62,272 bases of DNA, filler included, from Stramenopiles sp. TOSAG23-3 (GCA_900128585.1; 27 parts of 27 records of this genome joined end to end with filler, not necessarily neighbours in it), one strand, 5' to 3'; counted from the first letter of the whole stretch, positions 22,736-34,647 are shown. Translations and numbers: made by a program. Notes: a model not told the origin generated them from the letters alone.

Positions 22736-23755
22736 AGTTATCCGGCGTGAAGGAGCCAGTGCATTTTTTTTGTATATACAGAAATATTTTTTCTTAATCA
22801 TGTCAGCCCATTATAATCGCATTGAAAAACGTCGAAGAAAAAAATATTGAAGATACTCTCCTCTGTTGTGTGTGAAAAGAAATTGTTTCGGATTCAGTTG
22901 GTATTACTACTACGGTACCGTACGGTACCAGGTACCAGGGAAAAACTCATTCATTGGTTTCTTTTTCGTTTAGTTGTTTTTACTTCGCTGCTGTGACTTT
23001 TTCTTCGAGTTTCGATTTTTCGCTCTAATGTACGCTTTAAACTCGTCAAAATCAATGACCCCAGACTTATCTTTGTCTATATGATTGNNNNNNNNNNNNN
23101 NNNNNNNNNNNNNNNNNNNNNNNNNNNNNNNTTAATTAATTAANNNNNNNNNNNNNNNNNNNNNNNNNNNNNNNNNNNNNNNNNNNNTTTTTTTTTACTT
23201 TTTTTAACTTTTTTACTTTTTTATTAAAATTTTACTTTTTTTATTAAAATTGGAATTAATATTATACTTGTATATTAATAATTGTATTTATAATATATTT
23301 ATATAGGATATATATTACATTTAATTTAAAAACTATAAATGCTATTTATATATATAACATTATTTAATATTTTATACATAGGAAACATGTACTTATTAAT
23401 TTATAGTCAATTTCTTTCAAGTAGATTTTTATTCAATTTCAAACGGTTCTGCTATGCTGTGTTGGTGTTATTTATTTAATTTATAAATTCTTCCATTCTA
23501 ACTTTTTTCATTCTAATTAAGGTAAATACTATATAATATAAGATATTATTATATTATAATACGATATATTTAAACTTAATTTATAATATATACATACCTT
23601 AATAACAAAGGAATGGAATAATTTTATTATTTTTTTTTAAATTTTATTATTATTATTTTCTTTCTTTCTTTCTTTCTTTCTTCACGCACGCCGCACTCCT
23701 TTAACTATTTTCCCATTTGGTTTCACGTGATAAAGAAAGAAGTGAGAGACCGACC

Positions 23756-24337
23756 ATGATGATGATAAGGATGCTGAAATCGCCGCACGACAGTTTCTTA
23801 CGCTCGTTTCTCTCCGCAACCGATCGTGTTACCCCCCCCCCCCCCCCCCCGGACATTACAGTCTCCTTCGACAACGAGGGAAAAATACGAGTCTTGGACG
23901 AGGAAAAGTTTGATAAAGCAACGCAGCTTCAAAACGAATGCAATGAGTTTGCCGACAGTAAGTACTCCGTTCAAATTTAAACCGTTACAAATCGACCATG
24001 CCCCGCCCCTCTCTCGTGCAACAAAACCCCACTAACTTTTTATCGTTTTACATGACCAACAGAGCTTCAAGAGTTTACCACCACCGTCGACACTTTGGTC
24101 GAAGTAATGGACGGCGAGGCGCAGAAGATCGAGCGCGCAAAGTTGAAAGCAATTGGCCAGCGCAATAAAATGGAGTCCGAAGTGGAAGACAGGAAAAGGC
24201 AACAGAACGAGTTGCGTTCCGTTATTGACGAAAAGCATGCAATGTTGGAGCGCTTGCGAGTAGAGCACCAATCGTTAGTGAAGGTAGAGCAAGAGCAGCG
24301 AGCCTTGATCGAGAAACTGTCGAACAACGAAGCGTAG
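23756..24337 (+). CDS. IFT20: Intraflagellar transport protein 20, spliced (intron 23958-24062); start uncertain
   Basis: FDNEGKIRVLD...TQLQNEC.EF joins via GTAAGT...CTAAC...CAG in frame to KLQEF...IERAKLKAIGQRN...LERLRVEHQSLVKVEQEQ. Confidence 0.92.
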
Positions 24338-24607
24338 TTGAAGGCGTATCTGTGGAGGGGCAAGAGGTATATTTCGTACGTTTTAAATTAATTTGCTACG
24401 TTTGAAAATGGAAAAAAAGAAGTGTGTGCTGTTCCCTGTTTTACTGTTACTGTGCAAACTCGTTCTGTTCCCCGTTCTCCACCCACAACAATAACCACCC
24501 TCCCCCCCCCACGTGTCCAACCTGTCTTTCTACTTCGGGAGGGCAAGAGCGTTCAACAGTGCAGGCATCCTCTCGGGACCGGCGCCCAGCCCCGCGCCCC
24601 CCAAGAC

Positions 24608-25177
24608 TCACTTTTTGTAAAATGAAACCACGTCTTCAGGCGCTTGGACCAGCTCGATCAGGACCCCCTCGCCACATAGAGGAAACTCATCGTTCCCTTT
24701 CGGGTGCAAAAATGTCACCAAATGGCCCGAGGCCCCTTTTCGAACCCCCCCCGGGGTGAACCGCATCCCCTTTCCGGTCAACTCCTCCACCGCCGCATGG
24801 ATATCGTCCACCCACAGGCCAATGTGGTTCAATTGTGGAACGTGCACCTTTGGGCTTTTCTCGGCGTCCAGCGGCTGCATAATGTCGACTTCCACCGCAC
24901 TTGGGCCACTGCCTAGTTTCAAAATATCTTCGTCCACGTTTTCCTTCTCGCTCTGGTAGGTCCCGACGTTCTCCAGCCCGAGCGTGTCCACCCACAAGGT
25001 GGCAAGGCGAGACTTGTCCAAACCACCGACCGCAATTTGCTGAAGTCCCAGCACTTGAAAGTTATCTCCCATGGACGGGGACGACGTGTGAAAGAGCGCC
25101 GGGGCCGAACGCGCCCCCGTGCGTACAGCGACCGGCGCGGCGCGCATCCACAACCTTGAGGCAGTGTTCAGAAGCAT
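24608..25177 (-). CDS. VOC/glyoxalase-family enzyme, methylmalonyl-CoA epimerase-like, with mitochondrial-type presequence
   Basis: R/A/S-rich acid-free N-terminus from ATG 25177; [45 protein letters not shown]. Confidence 0.75.
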   Translation of the reverse strand: MLLNTASRLWMRAAPVAVRTGARSAPALFHTSSPSMGDNFQVLGLQQIAVGGLDKSRLATLWVDTLGLENVGTYQSEKENVDEDILKLGSGPSAVEVDIMQPLDAEKSPKVHVPQLNHIGLWVDDIHAAVEELTGKGMRFTPGGVRKGASGHLVTFLHPKGNDEFPLCGEGVLIELVQAPEDVVSFYKK

Positions 25178-25500
25178 GCTTTTTTGCTGAAAAGTGATGG
25201 AAAGAACCACGTGTGTGCGTTCCTGCGTTTGCCAAAAGAATAGTTAATAATTAGAGACAAGAATACAATTGTTTCTGGTCTAGTATGTTTCAGTAGTGAA
25301 CAATATTTAATTTTAAAATGGACGATGGATCGTCGATCAAGTAGTTAACCAGAATAGAATAATATGTGTTTGTTATGATGACGATCGATGTTGGTTGTTG
25401 NNNNNNNNNNNNNNNNNNNNNNNNNNNNNNNNNNNNNNNNNNNNTTAATTAATTAANNNNNNNNNNNNNNNNNNNNNNNNNNNNNNNNNNNNNNNNNNNN

Positions 25501-25578
25501 AGAAAGAAGAAGAAAGAAGAAGAAAGAAGAAGAAAGAAGAAGAAAGAAGAAGAAAGAAGAAGAAAGAAGAAGAAAGAA
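25501..25578. repeat. (AGAAAGAAGA)n purine tandem repeat
   Basis: About 8 exact 10-bp units at the contig start. Confidence 0.95.
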
Positions 25579-25942
25579 GTTATTATTGAAGAATGATGGG
25601 TCATTTTTTAACCGACTGTTTAATGCTGTATCAACAATACCACTAGAGGCTGCGCAGGTGTAGTAGTACAGTAGTATGGATCTACCCAGGTAATGTTTTG
25701 GAAGGAGGAGGAGGATTCATTCCTTATTTTTACGATATTCGTTCTTTCTTCTTTTATTAAATCATCTTCTTGACAAAAAATCACTTCATGTGTGTGCTCC
25801 GGGCGTTGCTTGAACGGCGGGGAAGTGACGAAAGCAGCTGTAGGGAACATTATTTGCGCGACCATTTGCGGCTCGTCGCGATATACCAACGAGCGTTAAA
25901 GAAGTATAAAAGAGAGAGAAAACAGATCAGAAACAGCAAACA

Positions 25943-27520
25943 ATGCCACGCCACCACCACCACCATAGTGGTCCGTCGCCGTGCGCTTGCAAGGAGGGTG
26001 CTTTGATGACCACACAATTCTTGTTCCTCGTTCAATTCATACTCATCGCAGTGCTGACAACGTTTCCTACAGCAGGACTTTGGGGTTATTCGGGGATGAA
26101 TTGGAGGACTACGTTTGGCCCATACGGATTTTGTGTACATGGAAATGTAAGCACGATCCCAACAAGATGCTTCAACCCACTCTGGGTGGCGCTCTTGCCC
26201 AGAAGCATGCAAGCGGAAGCATATGAGATATACAACGACGAATCGTATGAACAAAAGATTTGTATTCGCTCCGACTTCCCAAAACAGAAGTGCAAGTATA
26301 ATAATCTAGTTGGTAATTGTTATGCGCGGTCGGAGCCCCTCCCACCCGGGAAGTCGCACTACGATGAGTGTATTTTTTCACCGCGAATTTATATGGGTGT
26401 ACAGGGGTGTGCTTCCAATCAAATTTCGGAACTTGATTCCGACGGCATTCGTGTCTGTACGGAGTGCCAAGAAAAAGATACGTTAACATGCGCAGTGAAA
26501 GGTCTTCTCTCCCCTCCTTTGTCTTATCAAACTCGGTGCGGCATCTCAATGTCTAACAAAGAAGGTATGTGCGCACCGTCTGTACTGGACCAATCGGTAA
26601 AGATCGTCGGGAACGTAACTTCCGACCGTGCACAATCCACATTGATCGCAATGCAACAGGAAGGAAACGCAGCGTTTGCATGTGCATTAATAGGGTTGAT
26701 TATATCTGTGCTAGCAGTGTACGTGTACCCATTCGGGTATCGAAATATCCCTGGCCGCAAATTCTTTGTCCGTGCTACAAATGGTATTGCCATGGAGGAT
26801 TATTGGACAGGAATATGGCATACAGACTGTAACTCCTGCCAAACTCAATTCATTCAGACCGAACGGACACTGACGAAATTTCCAACGAACCATATCGTTT
26901 TGTGGGCCTGTGCATGTGGGACCCTGTGTTTGTTGCAAATAGTTATGATTGCGACAAGTGCAACACTGTTTGATATATGGGTGAACCGCGATGGTGCAAG
27001 TAGAATGTCTGCATGGGGTGCAAGACACTTGGAATATACCGAGTATACGCAAACGTTGCAAGGTTCAAGATTAAGTTTCAAATCAAGAAAACCCCTAAAT
27101 GGCGCCGTGATCGGTTGTTTGATTCCCTTGTGGGTACTCGGTAGCTATAATTTGTGCCGATTGCTTGGACAATTGCGTATTTCGATCAAATTGGCCCAAA
27201 GGCTGAGCCGTCGCGACGCAGCGGAGGATCAAGTAGCGGAATCGCAACAAAACCGCAATATTTCCTCCTTTAAAACAGCTCCTAAAAACCCGCTGCAAGA
27301 AGTTATTGATAACATCGGGTCAGCTCCTACGCCGCCAGCTGTTCCCATTACTATGCAAATGTGGCAGCGTGAAAAAGTGGAAGGGGAACCCGAAGTGGCA
27401 AACGTGCCACCAGATTTTGCTGGGAGCGAAATCGATGGTACATCCTTTTGCGTCGAATGTGGCAAAAAGTTGCCAGGTGTTGGTAAATTCTGCCCCCACT
27501 GTGGGTCGCGAATAGCATAG
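25943..27520 (+). CDS. Four-TM membrane protein with a large Cys-rich first loop and C-terminal zinc ribbon
   Basis: Four hydrophobic segments; C-terminal FCVECGKKLPGVGKFCPHCG; TATAAAA just upstream (about 25906). Confidence 0.75.
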   Translation: MPRHHHHHSGPSPCACKEGALMTTQFLFLVQFILIAVLTTFPTAGLWGYSGMNWRTTFGPYGFCVHGNVSTIPTRCFNPLWVALLPRSMQAEAYEIYNDESYEQKICIRSDFPKQKCKYNNLVGNCYARSEPLPPGKSHYDECIFSPRIYMGVQGCASNQISELDSDGIRVCTECQEKDTLTCAVKGLLSPPLSYQTRCGISMSNKEGMCAPSVLDQSVKIVGNVTSDRAQSTLIAMQQEGNAAFACALIGLIISVLAVYVYPFGYRNIPGRKFFVRATNGIAMEDYWTGIWHTDCNSCQTQFIQTERTLTKFPTNHIVLWACACGTLCLLQIVMIATSATLFDIWVNRDGASRMSAWGARHLEYTEYTQTLQGSRLSFKSRKPLNGAVIGCLIPLWVLGSYNLCRLLGQLRISIKLAQRLSRRDAAEDQVAESQQNRNISSFKTAPKNPLQEVIDNIGSAPTPPAVPITMQMWQREKVEGEPEVANVPPDFAGSEIDGTSFCVECGKKLPGVGKFCPHCGSRIA

Positions 27521-27812
27521 CTCTACTCGGGCAGCCACCGAGGAGGTTTAATGGAAAAAACATGATGATGATAACGATTATATTCTGATCTCTAACGGGT
27601 AGTCTATGTAGGATTTTCGGCTCCTCCTTTTATCTTGGGGAGGATCCGTAATAGGAGGAGACATTGTTCTTGAACTGACACCTTCTTTTTTTCTTTAATT
27701 TTAATTACTATANNNNNNNNNNNNNNNNNNNNNNNNNNNNNNNNNNNNNNNNNNNNTTAATTAATTAANNNNNNNNNNNNNNNNNNNNNNNNNNNNNNNN
27801 NNNNNNNNNNNN

Positions 27813-28773
27813 CGGGGTAGGCCTGCTGTGGGAGCTTGAGCTTCATGGGCTGGTACCTTGATCGTGCCCGGGGGACTTTGATGGTGGACAGGACGCCATG
27901 CTTTACGTGGCCTTCGTAGTCATCCTGGTGCTTGTGGTTCCAGCGGTTGTCCATGGGGGTCTCTGGGAGCAGGTTGTGTCGCTTGACCATCGGGTCCATC
28001 GCTAGCATGTCGGCCGCGCTTGGGCGGTTGTTCGGCTGCTTCGACAGCAAGCGTTTTACCAACGCCTGCAAATCCGTGGAGTACTGGCTACTAATGCGGG
28101 GGGCGGCGGCCTGCCTCACTTTGCGGGACAGCCCGGCCATGTCTTCGGCGAGGAAGGGGGGACTGAACTGGCACATCTCGAAGATGATGCAGCCCAGGGA
28201 CCACATATCGGCCTTTGGCCCATAGCGCTTGTGGTTCCAGATTTCTGGGGCCATGTAGTATGGGGTTCCGATCTGGGTCTTTGCCATTTGGTTCTTCATA
28301 AGCTTCGCGCAGCCCAAATCGCCAAGCATGATCTTGTTCCCGGACGGGCCGGTGACGAAGATGTTCTTTGGCTTCAAATCACGGTGCAATATCTTCATGC
28401 GGTGCAAAGAGTGCAGACCGGCGCACATTTGGTGAATGAACACCCAGACCAGGTCTTCAGGCATGCGCTTTCTGGCTTTCTTGAACTTTTGTATGCGGCG
28501 GTGAAGGTCCCCGGCCTTGGCGTACTCGGTCACAATGTACAAGTTCTTCTTTTCCAAAAAGGCATCGCAATAACGAAGAATGTTGCGGTGTTTGATACTT
28601 GCAAGGACACGGATTTCATTGACGGCGTCCTCTTGTTCCCTAGTCTTGAGGTTCTTGATGGAGACCTCTTTCATCGCGTACTCCTCTTTGTCGCTCTTCT
28701 TGATAACCTTGTACACGGCGCCGTACGTGCCCTTCCCCAACAAACGGACAATCTTAAAGTCTTCGGTTTTCAT
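27813..28773 (-). CDS. NEK: NIMA-related (NEK) Ser/Thr kinase, 3' partial
   Basis: LGKGTYG, YAMKEV, DAVNEIRVLAS, ILHRDLKPKN, GDLG, TQIGTPYYMAPE, DMWSLG; likely ATG at 28773. Confidence 0.93.
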
Positions 28774-29685
28774 CGTGTTGTCTGTTACTTTTAAAATAAA
28801 TAAAATTCGGTCGGTCGTTGATATATTTTTTTGCGTAATTATATTGAACCGTCTGTTTATTTCTTTTTTTTGTTTATCTTGTTGAAATGGTTGATAAATT
28901 TCATCCATTCAATTGAAATGTTTTCTTTTCTTTCACACATTGATTTTCTGTTTATCCGTAAGTGTAAAGAATGGGAATCTGCTGTGCGAATTTATTTATA
29001 ATATTATTTTTTTTTCTTTTCTATAATTATTTTTAACATAGAGATAGTACTACCAAAACTAAGAAGAAATGGAAAACACTATAATAAAAAATACTACATT
29101 TGTATAAGTAGATATACAGGTACATAGCATATAAAAAAGAAAAAGAAAAAAAAGAATGGAAATGCGCAAAAGTATCGAAATCTATTTAAAATAAGGTAGA
29201 CCTATTTAATTAATTTTAATTATGAATTAAAACGAAGTATTATTATTCTTATATGTAATGATATATAATAGATTTTAAAAAATAGGATATGATATGTATA
29301 ATAGATATAATCCTTAAAAATAGGGAGCATCTTTAGGATGAAGGGGTATATAGAAAGAAGAGGAAGGAAGGAAGGAAGGAGGGAGGGGAGAGGGAAAGGA
29401 AGAAAGAAAGAAAGAGATGAATTTTAATCATTTTATAATATAGAAATAGCATAGGATAAAATAGAAAAAAGGAAGAAAGTAGTTTTTCTTTCTTTTTTTT
29501 CTTCTTCTTTTTTTCTTTTTTTCTTTTTTTCTTTTTTAAAGGCTTTCTAGCATAGGATACCTGGGGTACTTATAGTGGGAATGAATGAATGAATTGCATC
29601 TCATCATCTCCATCCACCAACGTTCATTTTATTATTAGAGTTATAATTAGGTTATTTATTAACAACAACGTTCTGTTTCACGATA

Positions 29686-29966
29686 ATTATTTCATCTTCT
29701 TCTTTTCTTTTCTTTCATCTTCTTCTTCTTCTTCTTTTTTCTTTTATTTCATCTTCTTCTTTTCTTTTCTTTTCTTTTATTTCATCTTCTTCTTCTTTTT
29801 TCTTTTATTTCATCTTCTTCTTTTCTTTTCTTTTATTTCATCTTCTCTTCTCTTTCTTTTATTTCATCTTCTCTTTCTTTCTTTATTATATAATTCTTCT
29901 CTTTCTTTTATTTCATCTTCTTCTTTCTTTTAATTCTTCTCTTATTTCTCTTTCTTCTCTTTCTTC

Positions 29967-30022
<56 letters not shown>

Positions 30023-30024
30023 TC
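29686..30024. repeat. Polypyrimidine region: degenerate TTATTTCATCTTC-containing units followed by (TTTC)n
   Basis: ATTTCATCTTC recurs at roughly 30-bp spacing; pure TTTC run at the contig end. Confidence 0.85.
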
Positions 30025-30124
30025 NNNNNNNNNNNNNNNNNNNNNNNNNNNNNNNNNNNNNNNNNNNNTTAATTAATTAANNNNNNNNNNNNNNNNNNNN
30101 NNNNNNNNNNNNNNNNNNNNNNNN

Positions 30125-32336
30125 GAGAAATACTCGTTCCACTACGATGCAATTGCGATATAGAAACTCTCTCTGAAAATGCCTTGCACAAGGACTCCAC
30201 TTCGTCAAGATCGCCAACAGCAGATTCAACACTACCACTTTTCCCCAAATTCTGTCTCAACCTCTCGATTTGTTCTGCGTTCGTTCCCCGTTTAACAGTT
30301 GCAAGCTCACTACCTGCAAACACAGCTCGAAGGCATTTGTCCAGCATCACCATTGCACGCTGCTGCCCGTCTCGCACATGTCGCATTCTAGAATCAATGC
30401 TCGACAACGCAGCAAATATGTTTGCAAATTTTCGTTGACTCGATGTGTTGTCCCCTTGCTTCTCTTCCCAGTGCGAGAGAACCATTGCTGGCACACCGCC
30501 AGATGCTGCCTTGCTCGTGGACGAATCCGATGCAGCTGCGCCTGCGTCCATACTTTCTGCTGCACCAGTCGTATCAGTGCTTCCACCATCGTTGCTGTCT
30601 GTTTTCCAGCTCTGCCCTTTTTTAAGCCATTTCTTTCGCATCGAATGCATGAACGATGCCAAACGATTTTCCTTCTCTATCTCGTCCTTCTCTGTTTTCT
30701 TTCCTTTCGGTTTCGAATACATTGGTACTCTTTCTTTCTCGTCGCAAAACTCCTTCAAAGCGGACAATCCACTTTCATGATCCCATGTACCTTCCCAAGT
30801 ATACTTTTTGTACCACCTTTCCTTACGCTGCTTCGATCCAGACCCACTCGTACTTGGCCCTGTATTTCGCGATGATGTATTGTCCCATAGTTCTGTATTT
30901 TCACTTCTTCCGGTTGTTTGGATCCATGCGCAACGGCCGGCCTAAAATTTGTGCAATGTTTACACTGCTGCTCATCGATGACATGATTGCAACGCCTTCC
31001 ATGCTGGGCGCATCGATGCCTACAGCAAGGGTACGAGGGTTGCTCAACCACGCCCTGCTCGTACTTGCTTTGAACGTTTTAAGCACTTTCGTCATATTAT
31101 CGTCTTTTGAATCCACGTATTCAAATTTATGGTCGTTCGGGATGTCCCTATCCTTCGTCCTCAAATGATTCGCAATCTTCTGTAATCGTCGGCTTTGGGG
31201 AATGGTCCCGTGAAAAGTAAACGCTTTTTCAATTGTTTTCTTCTTACAAACGTCGAGAAAGCCATAGATCTGAGCGATTTCCAAAGCGGAAGGGTGTTCT
31301 TGCGTTGGGTGGTTCCGGGCATAGTTTGGATAGTCTGTTCCCGAGAGCCCCAAAGCCTCTAGCGTTAAGGACACGTCACAGTCTGTTACACTGACAGTGC
31401 GACCAATGTCGTGAACGGACCATTCCGAACCCGTCATGCAAACAACGGCCAGTTGGTAATCGCATACGATGGATTGCTCGATCGCGTCGGTCAAGTTTAA
31501 CTCGTACACGGGCTGCCCGCCGTAGACTTCAACGTTATCTTTCATATTAATAACAATGTTTTCCTCGCTTTTCTTGCTTGGTTTCCCGTCCTTAGGGGCG
31601 CCCTCGTCTCGTACCGACAAGTCCTTCGCGCTTTTTACATTCGCGGTGGCCGTCATAAACAACCGATGGGCAATTCCAATCTTTTCGTCCTTCAGCCCGA
31701 TCTGGTACTCTCCCGCCCTTTCTTTATCATTCTCTTTTGTCGCTGTTACGTGCGCTTCATCAAAAATTCCAAAATCAAATTTGACACGTTCGTTTTTGGT
31801 CATGCTTTCTAGAGCGTCCGATATACCGCTGGAGGATAAATAACAAACGAATACAACCCGAACGATCGGTTTGCTGTCGTTTTCGGCCGAGAGAAAGTTT
31901 TTCAGCTGTACGATCGGATCAGAGGAATTGTTTGATTTCTTGATGACTTTGCTCCACTCCTTATGTCGCATTCCTCTGTGTTTGTTTCGTCGCTGCTTGC
32001 ACCTTTTGTTCCCTTTGGCGCCTTTTTTCTATTTTTTTTCTGGTTCAATGAAGTAAGAGAGCACACCGTTACGACCTGAACGTCGTGTGTTCCTTCTTCT
32101 CGTTCATTTCGAAGGAAAAAAGCATTCCACTTTCGGACAGTTTGACGGATTAATTCTAGGGTAGGCTCAAACACGATTATATTGACTTCATCCTCATCGT
32201 TCCAAGCAGTACGGATCAACTCTTCTGTCGTATCTATTGCAATGTGAGTTTTCCCCACTCCACACGCAACTTCCATCAGCGCCCTCGGCTTGTTGTCTGT
32301 AACAAACGCTTTGATAATCTTCTTTTTTGCCTCATT
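30125..32336 (-). pseudogene. Disrupted superfamily II helicase (ResIII/DEAH type) with a helicase-associated-like C-terminal region
   Basis: Walker A ACGVGKT and FEPTLELIRQ in one frame; IFDEAH, LFMTAT, DAIEQSIVCDY, LAVGIDAP, QILGRPLR in a second; LSALKEFCDEKERVP...ENRLASFMHSMRK in a third. Confidence 0.75.
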
Positions 32337-32436
32337 NNNNNNNNNNNNNNNNNNNNNNNNNNNNNNNNNNNNNNNNNNNNTTAATTAATTAANNNNNNNN
32401 NNNNNNNNNNNNNNNNNNNNNNNNNNNNNNNNNNNN

Positions 32437-34647
32437 ATGCTCACACGATTTTCGTTGTGCTTCAGTCAGTATTGACGGGTCGATTTTCCACGCCCCTGTT
32501 TTAGTGAATATTATTCCCGTTGGCTCTGGACTATCAGCACACAGTCGGAATACACTAATGAGAGTTGTATCAAGCGCGGGATTGTGTACGACGTCTTTAA
32601 TCGAATCACTAATGTCCCCTTTTTGAGAACTTCGTACTGCACCGTTGGCAGTGTTGAAAATCATGTCATGTTCTCGAATATTCTTTAATAACGTCTTGTT
32701 GCCGGTCATGTGAAAATTAGCTCCGCTATCGAGTATCAACTTCCTGACCCAGTATCGTTTCCTCGCGTCTTGATTTTGTGGGAATTCCGCAATATAGCAT
32801 GGATATATATTTCCTTCAATATCCGGAATTAGTATTTGTTTGTTGAGTGGGTCTTTGCAGTGAATGATGAATACGAACATCGATACTAGATACGCATAAT
32901 TGGAAAAGATATTAAGGTCTTGGATTACGATAGCACAAATGATCGTCATCACGGTAAGTATCCCAATTATCTTTCTCACGGGCCATGATGAGTTTGTACT
33001 CGAACCAAGTTCTGGTTTGATTACCTCTGAGCCCCATTCTTGGGGCGACCCATGTGCTAGCCAGGTGATACCTATTTCAGGTTCATCATCGTTTTTCAGT
33101 TTTGAGTCATTGGAATCGTTATTGTCCAAATTCCTCCCGGATGCTCTGTTCGCTTCGCCGTTGTTATTAGGGTGCTTGAAGGGACATCCTTTGTTTTTAC
33201 GATTGCAGTTCTTTCCGTATTTGCATCTTATGTTCCGTTTGCCGAATTTCTTAAATTGTTCTGGACGTTCGGATTTCCAGCGTGCAACCGCTTCTGAATT
33301 AGGGCATGTTCGAGCTAGGTGGCCTTCTTGTCCACATGCAAAACATCGGATCCTGCTGCTGTTAGCAGCGAATGCAGTGTACATCAGATCAAGGACCTCC
33401 GTATCGTGGTCAATGTATAGTGCCACTGAATTGTTTTTGGATTTGTTATCTTCATCCAAGGGCGATCGAATTTGTGCGCAACTCGTTATTTCCGCTTTGG
33501 TTATCTTAGTGATATCGCGAGACAGTACGTCAGTTCTCAGTGCTTGTTCACTTGCATCATCCTTTGGAAATTGGCGTATCCAGTTCCCTAATCCAATGAT
33601 GTACGACGGTTGAAGGACAGTCTGTAGATCCTTTATCGAATTTTCAAAGTTGCGGCAATTTCGAAAAGTTTCACGTAGGTGTTCTTCACTGGTCATTGAG
33701 CCACGTTCAGAGAATAATTTGCCTGCAGTGATAATTAAATTTTTCATTTCATTAACACTCACAACGCTAAATATTTTGTATATCTGGTACCCGTCTTTCA
33801 ACTTCCCAGTATCTTCGTCATAAATTTTCGATATTTGCTTGGCCTCGTCTGACAATTTCTTGTGGATTACATCTGAGATTGCAGTAATGGCTTCGTTCAC
33901 CAGCTTACGTGAAATTACTCCTGTACGTAGGATTTTTCCTTGTTCTGACGCTGGTAAAGTTCGAAACGCGCCGTGTAAATCCAATTCGTGGGTGGCCCAC
34001 TTTTTCGCTGCGGCTCTGTTGTTGTACGATTTGTCAAGTTCGATTACTTCAATAAGCTCGGTCCACGGTATTTCCTCATCAAGTTTTCCATCAGGATGAA
34101 GAGTGCTTTTGCTATAATAGTTATTGGGATTTTTAATCCTCTCTTTTTCTTTCTCGGGAGAATCGTCGTTCACGATTTCCTCGATGGCTTGGATGATTTT
34201 ATCTGAGCACCCCTCTAGGGCAGCTGTGACTTTGTCTGTCAGATCGGTATGACCAGTCCCTTTGTACGAGCGGATTACAGCATGTAGTAGTTCCAAGCTC
34301 GTGGTCATTCGACCTTTTTGTTGATAGTTCGAAGTGAGACCTCTCTTCATTTTGACAACTTTAATAGTGCCATCCAGAATTAAACTTGATAGGGAATTCA
34401 GTGGACGCAGAAGTATTTCGATCTCTTTGTCGAACTTGTCAAAGTTCTCATGGTCGCCATCGTACACCTTTTTGTAGGACTCGACCGGAATATTATTTTG
34501 TTGCATGTTCTTTTGATATTTACGTATTTCCAAAGCACTATGTTTGCTTTGGGCCCATAACCTAGTAAATAATTAAATTGATATTGATAAAAGGATAGGT
34601 TCTAACTTAGTTTATATCAATCACCCAGAACTTTATCGGACTTAGAG
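32437..34647 (-). mobile_element. Ty1/copia LTR retrotransposon, 5' part (probable LTR end, PBS, gag-protease ORF 34533 to 32437)
   Basis: Zinc knuckle CFACGQEGHLARTC; copia-type protease LILDSGANFHMT followed by TTLISV; PBS GGTTATGGGCCCA upstream of the ORF. Confidence 0.88.
34550..34562 (-). promoter_or_regulatory. Copia-type primer-binding site (internal half of tRNA-iMet)
   Basis: Minus strand GGTTATGGGCCCA matches the PBS motif known from Drosophila copia and related Hemivirus-type elements. Confidence 0.8.

Noticed and set aside
28774..28908. 45-aa N-terminal extension of the NEK kinase
   Set aside because: AT-rich UTR-like sequence; the kinase domain and coding-like composition start at ATG 28773
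29589..29933. F/S/L-rich or K/E/R-rich ORFs (also 21751, 35490, 38784, 43519, 46650, 60743)
   Set aside because: Translations of intergenic microsatellites and AT-rich DNA
30125..34647. Helicase plus copia (or any cross-linker gene set) as one composite element or operon
   Set aside because: They sit on separate contigs ordered only by length
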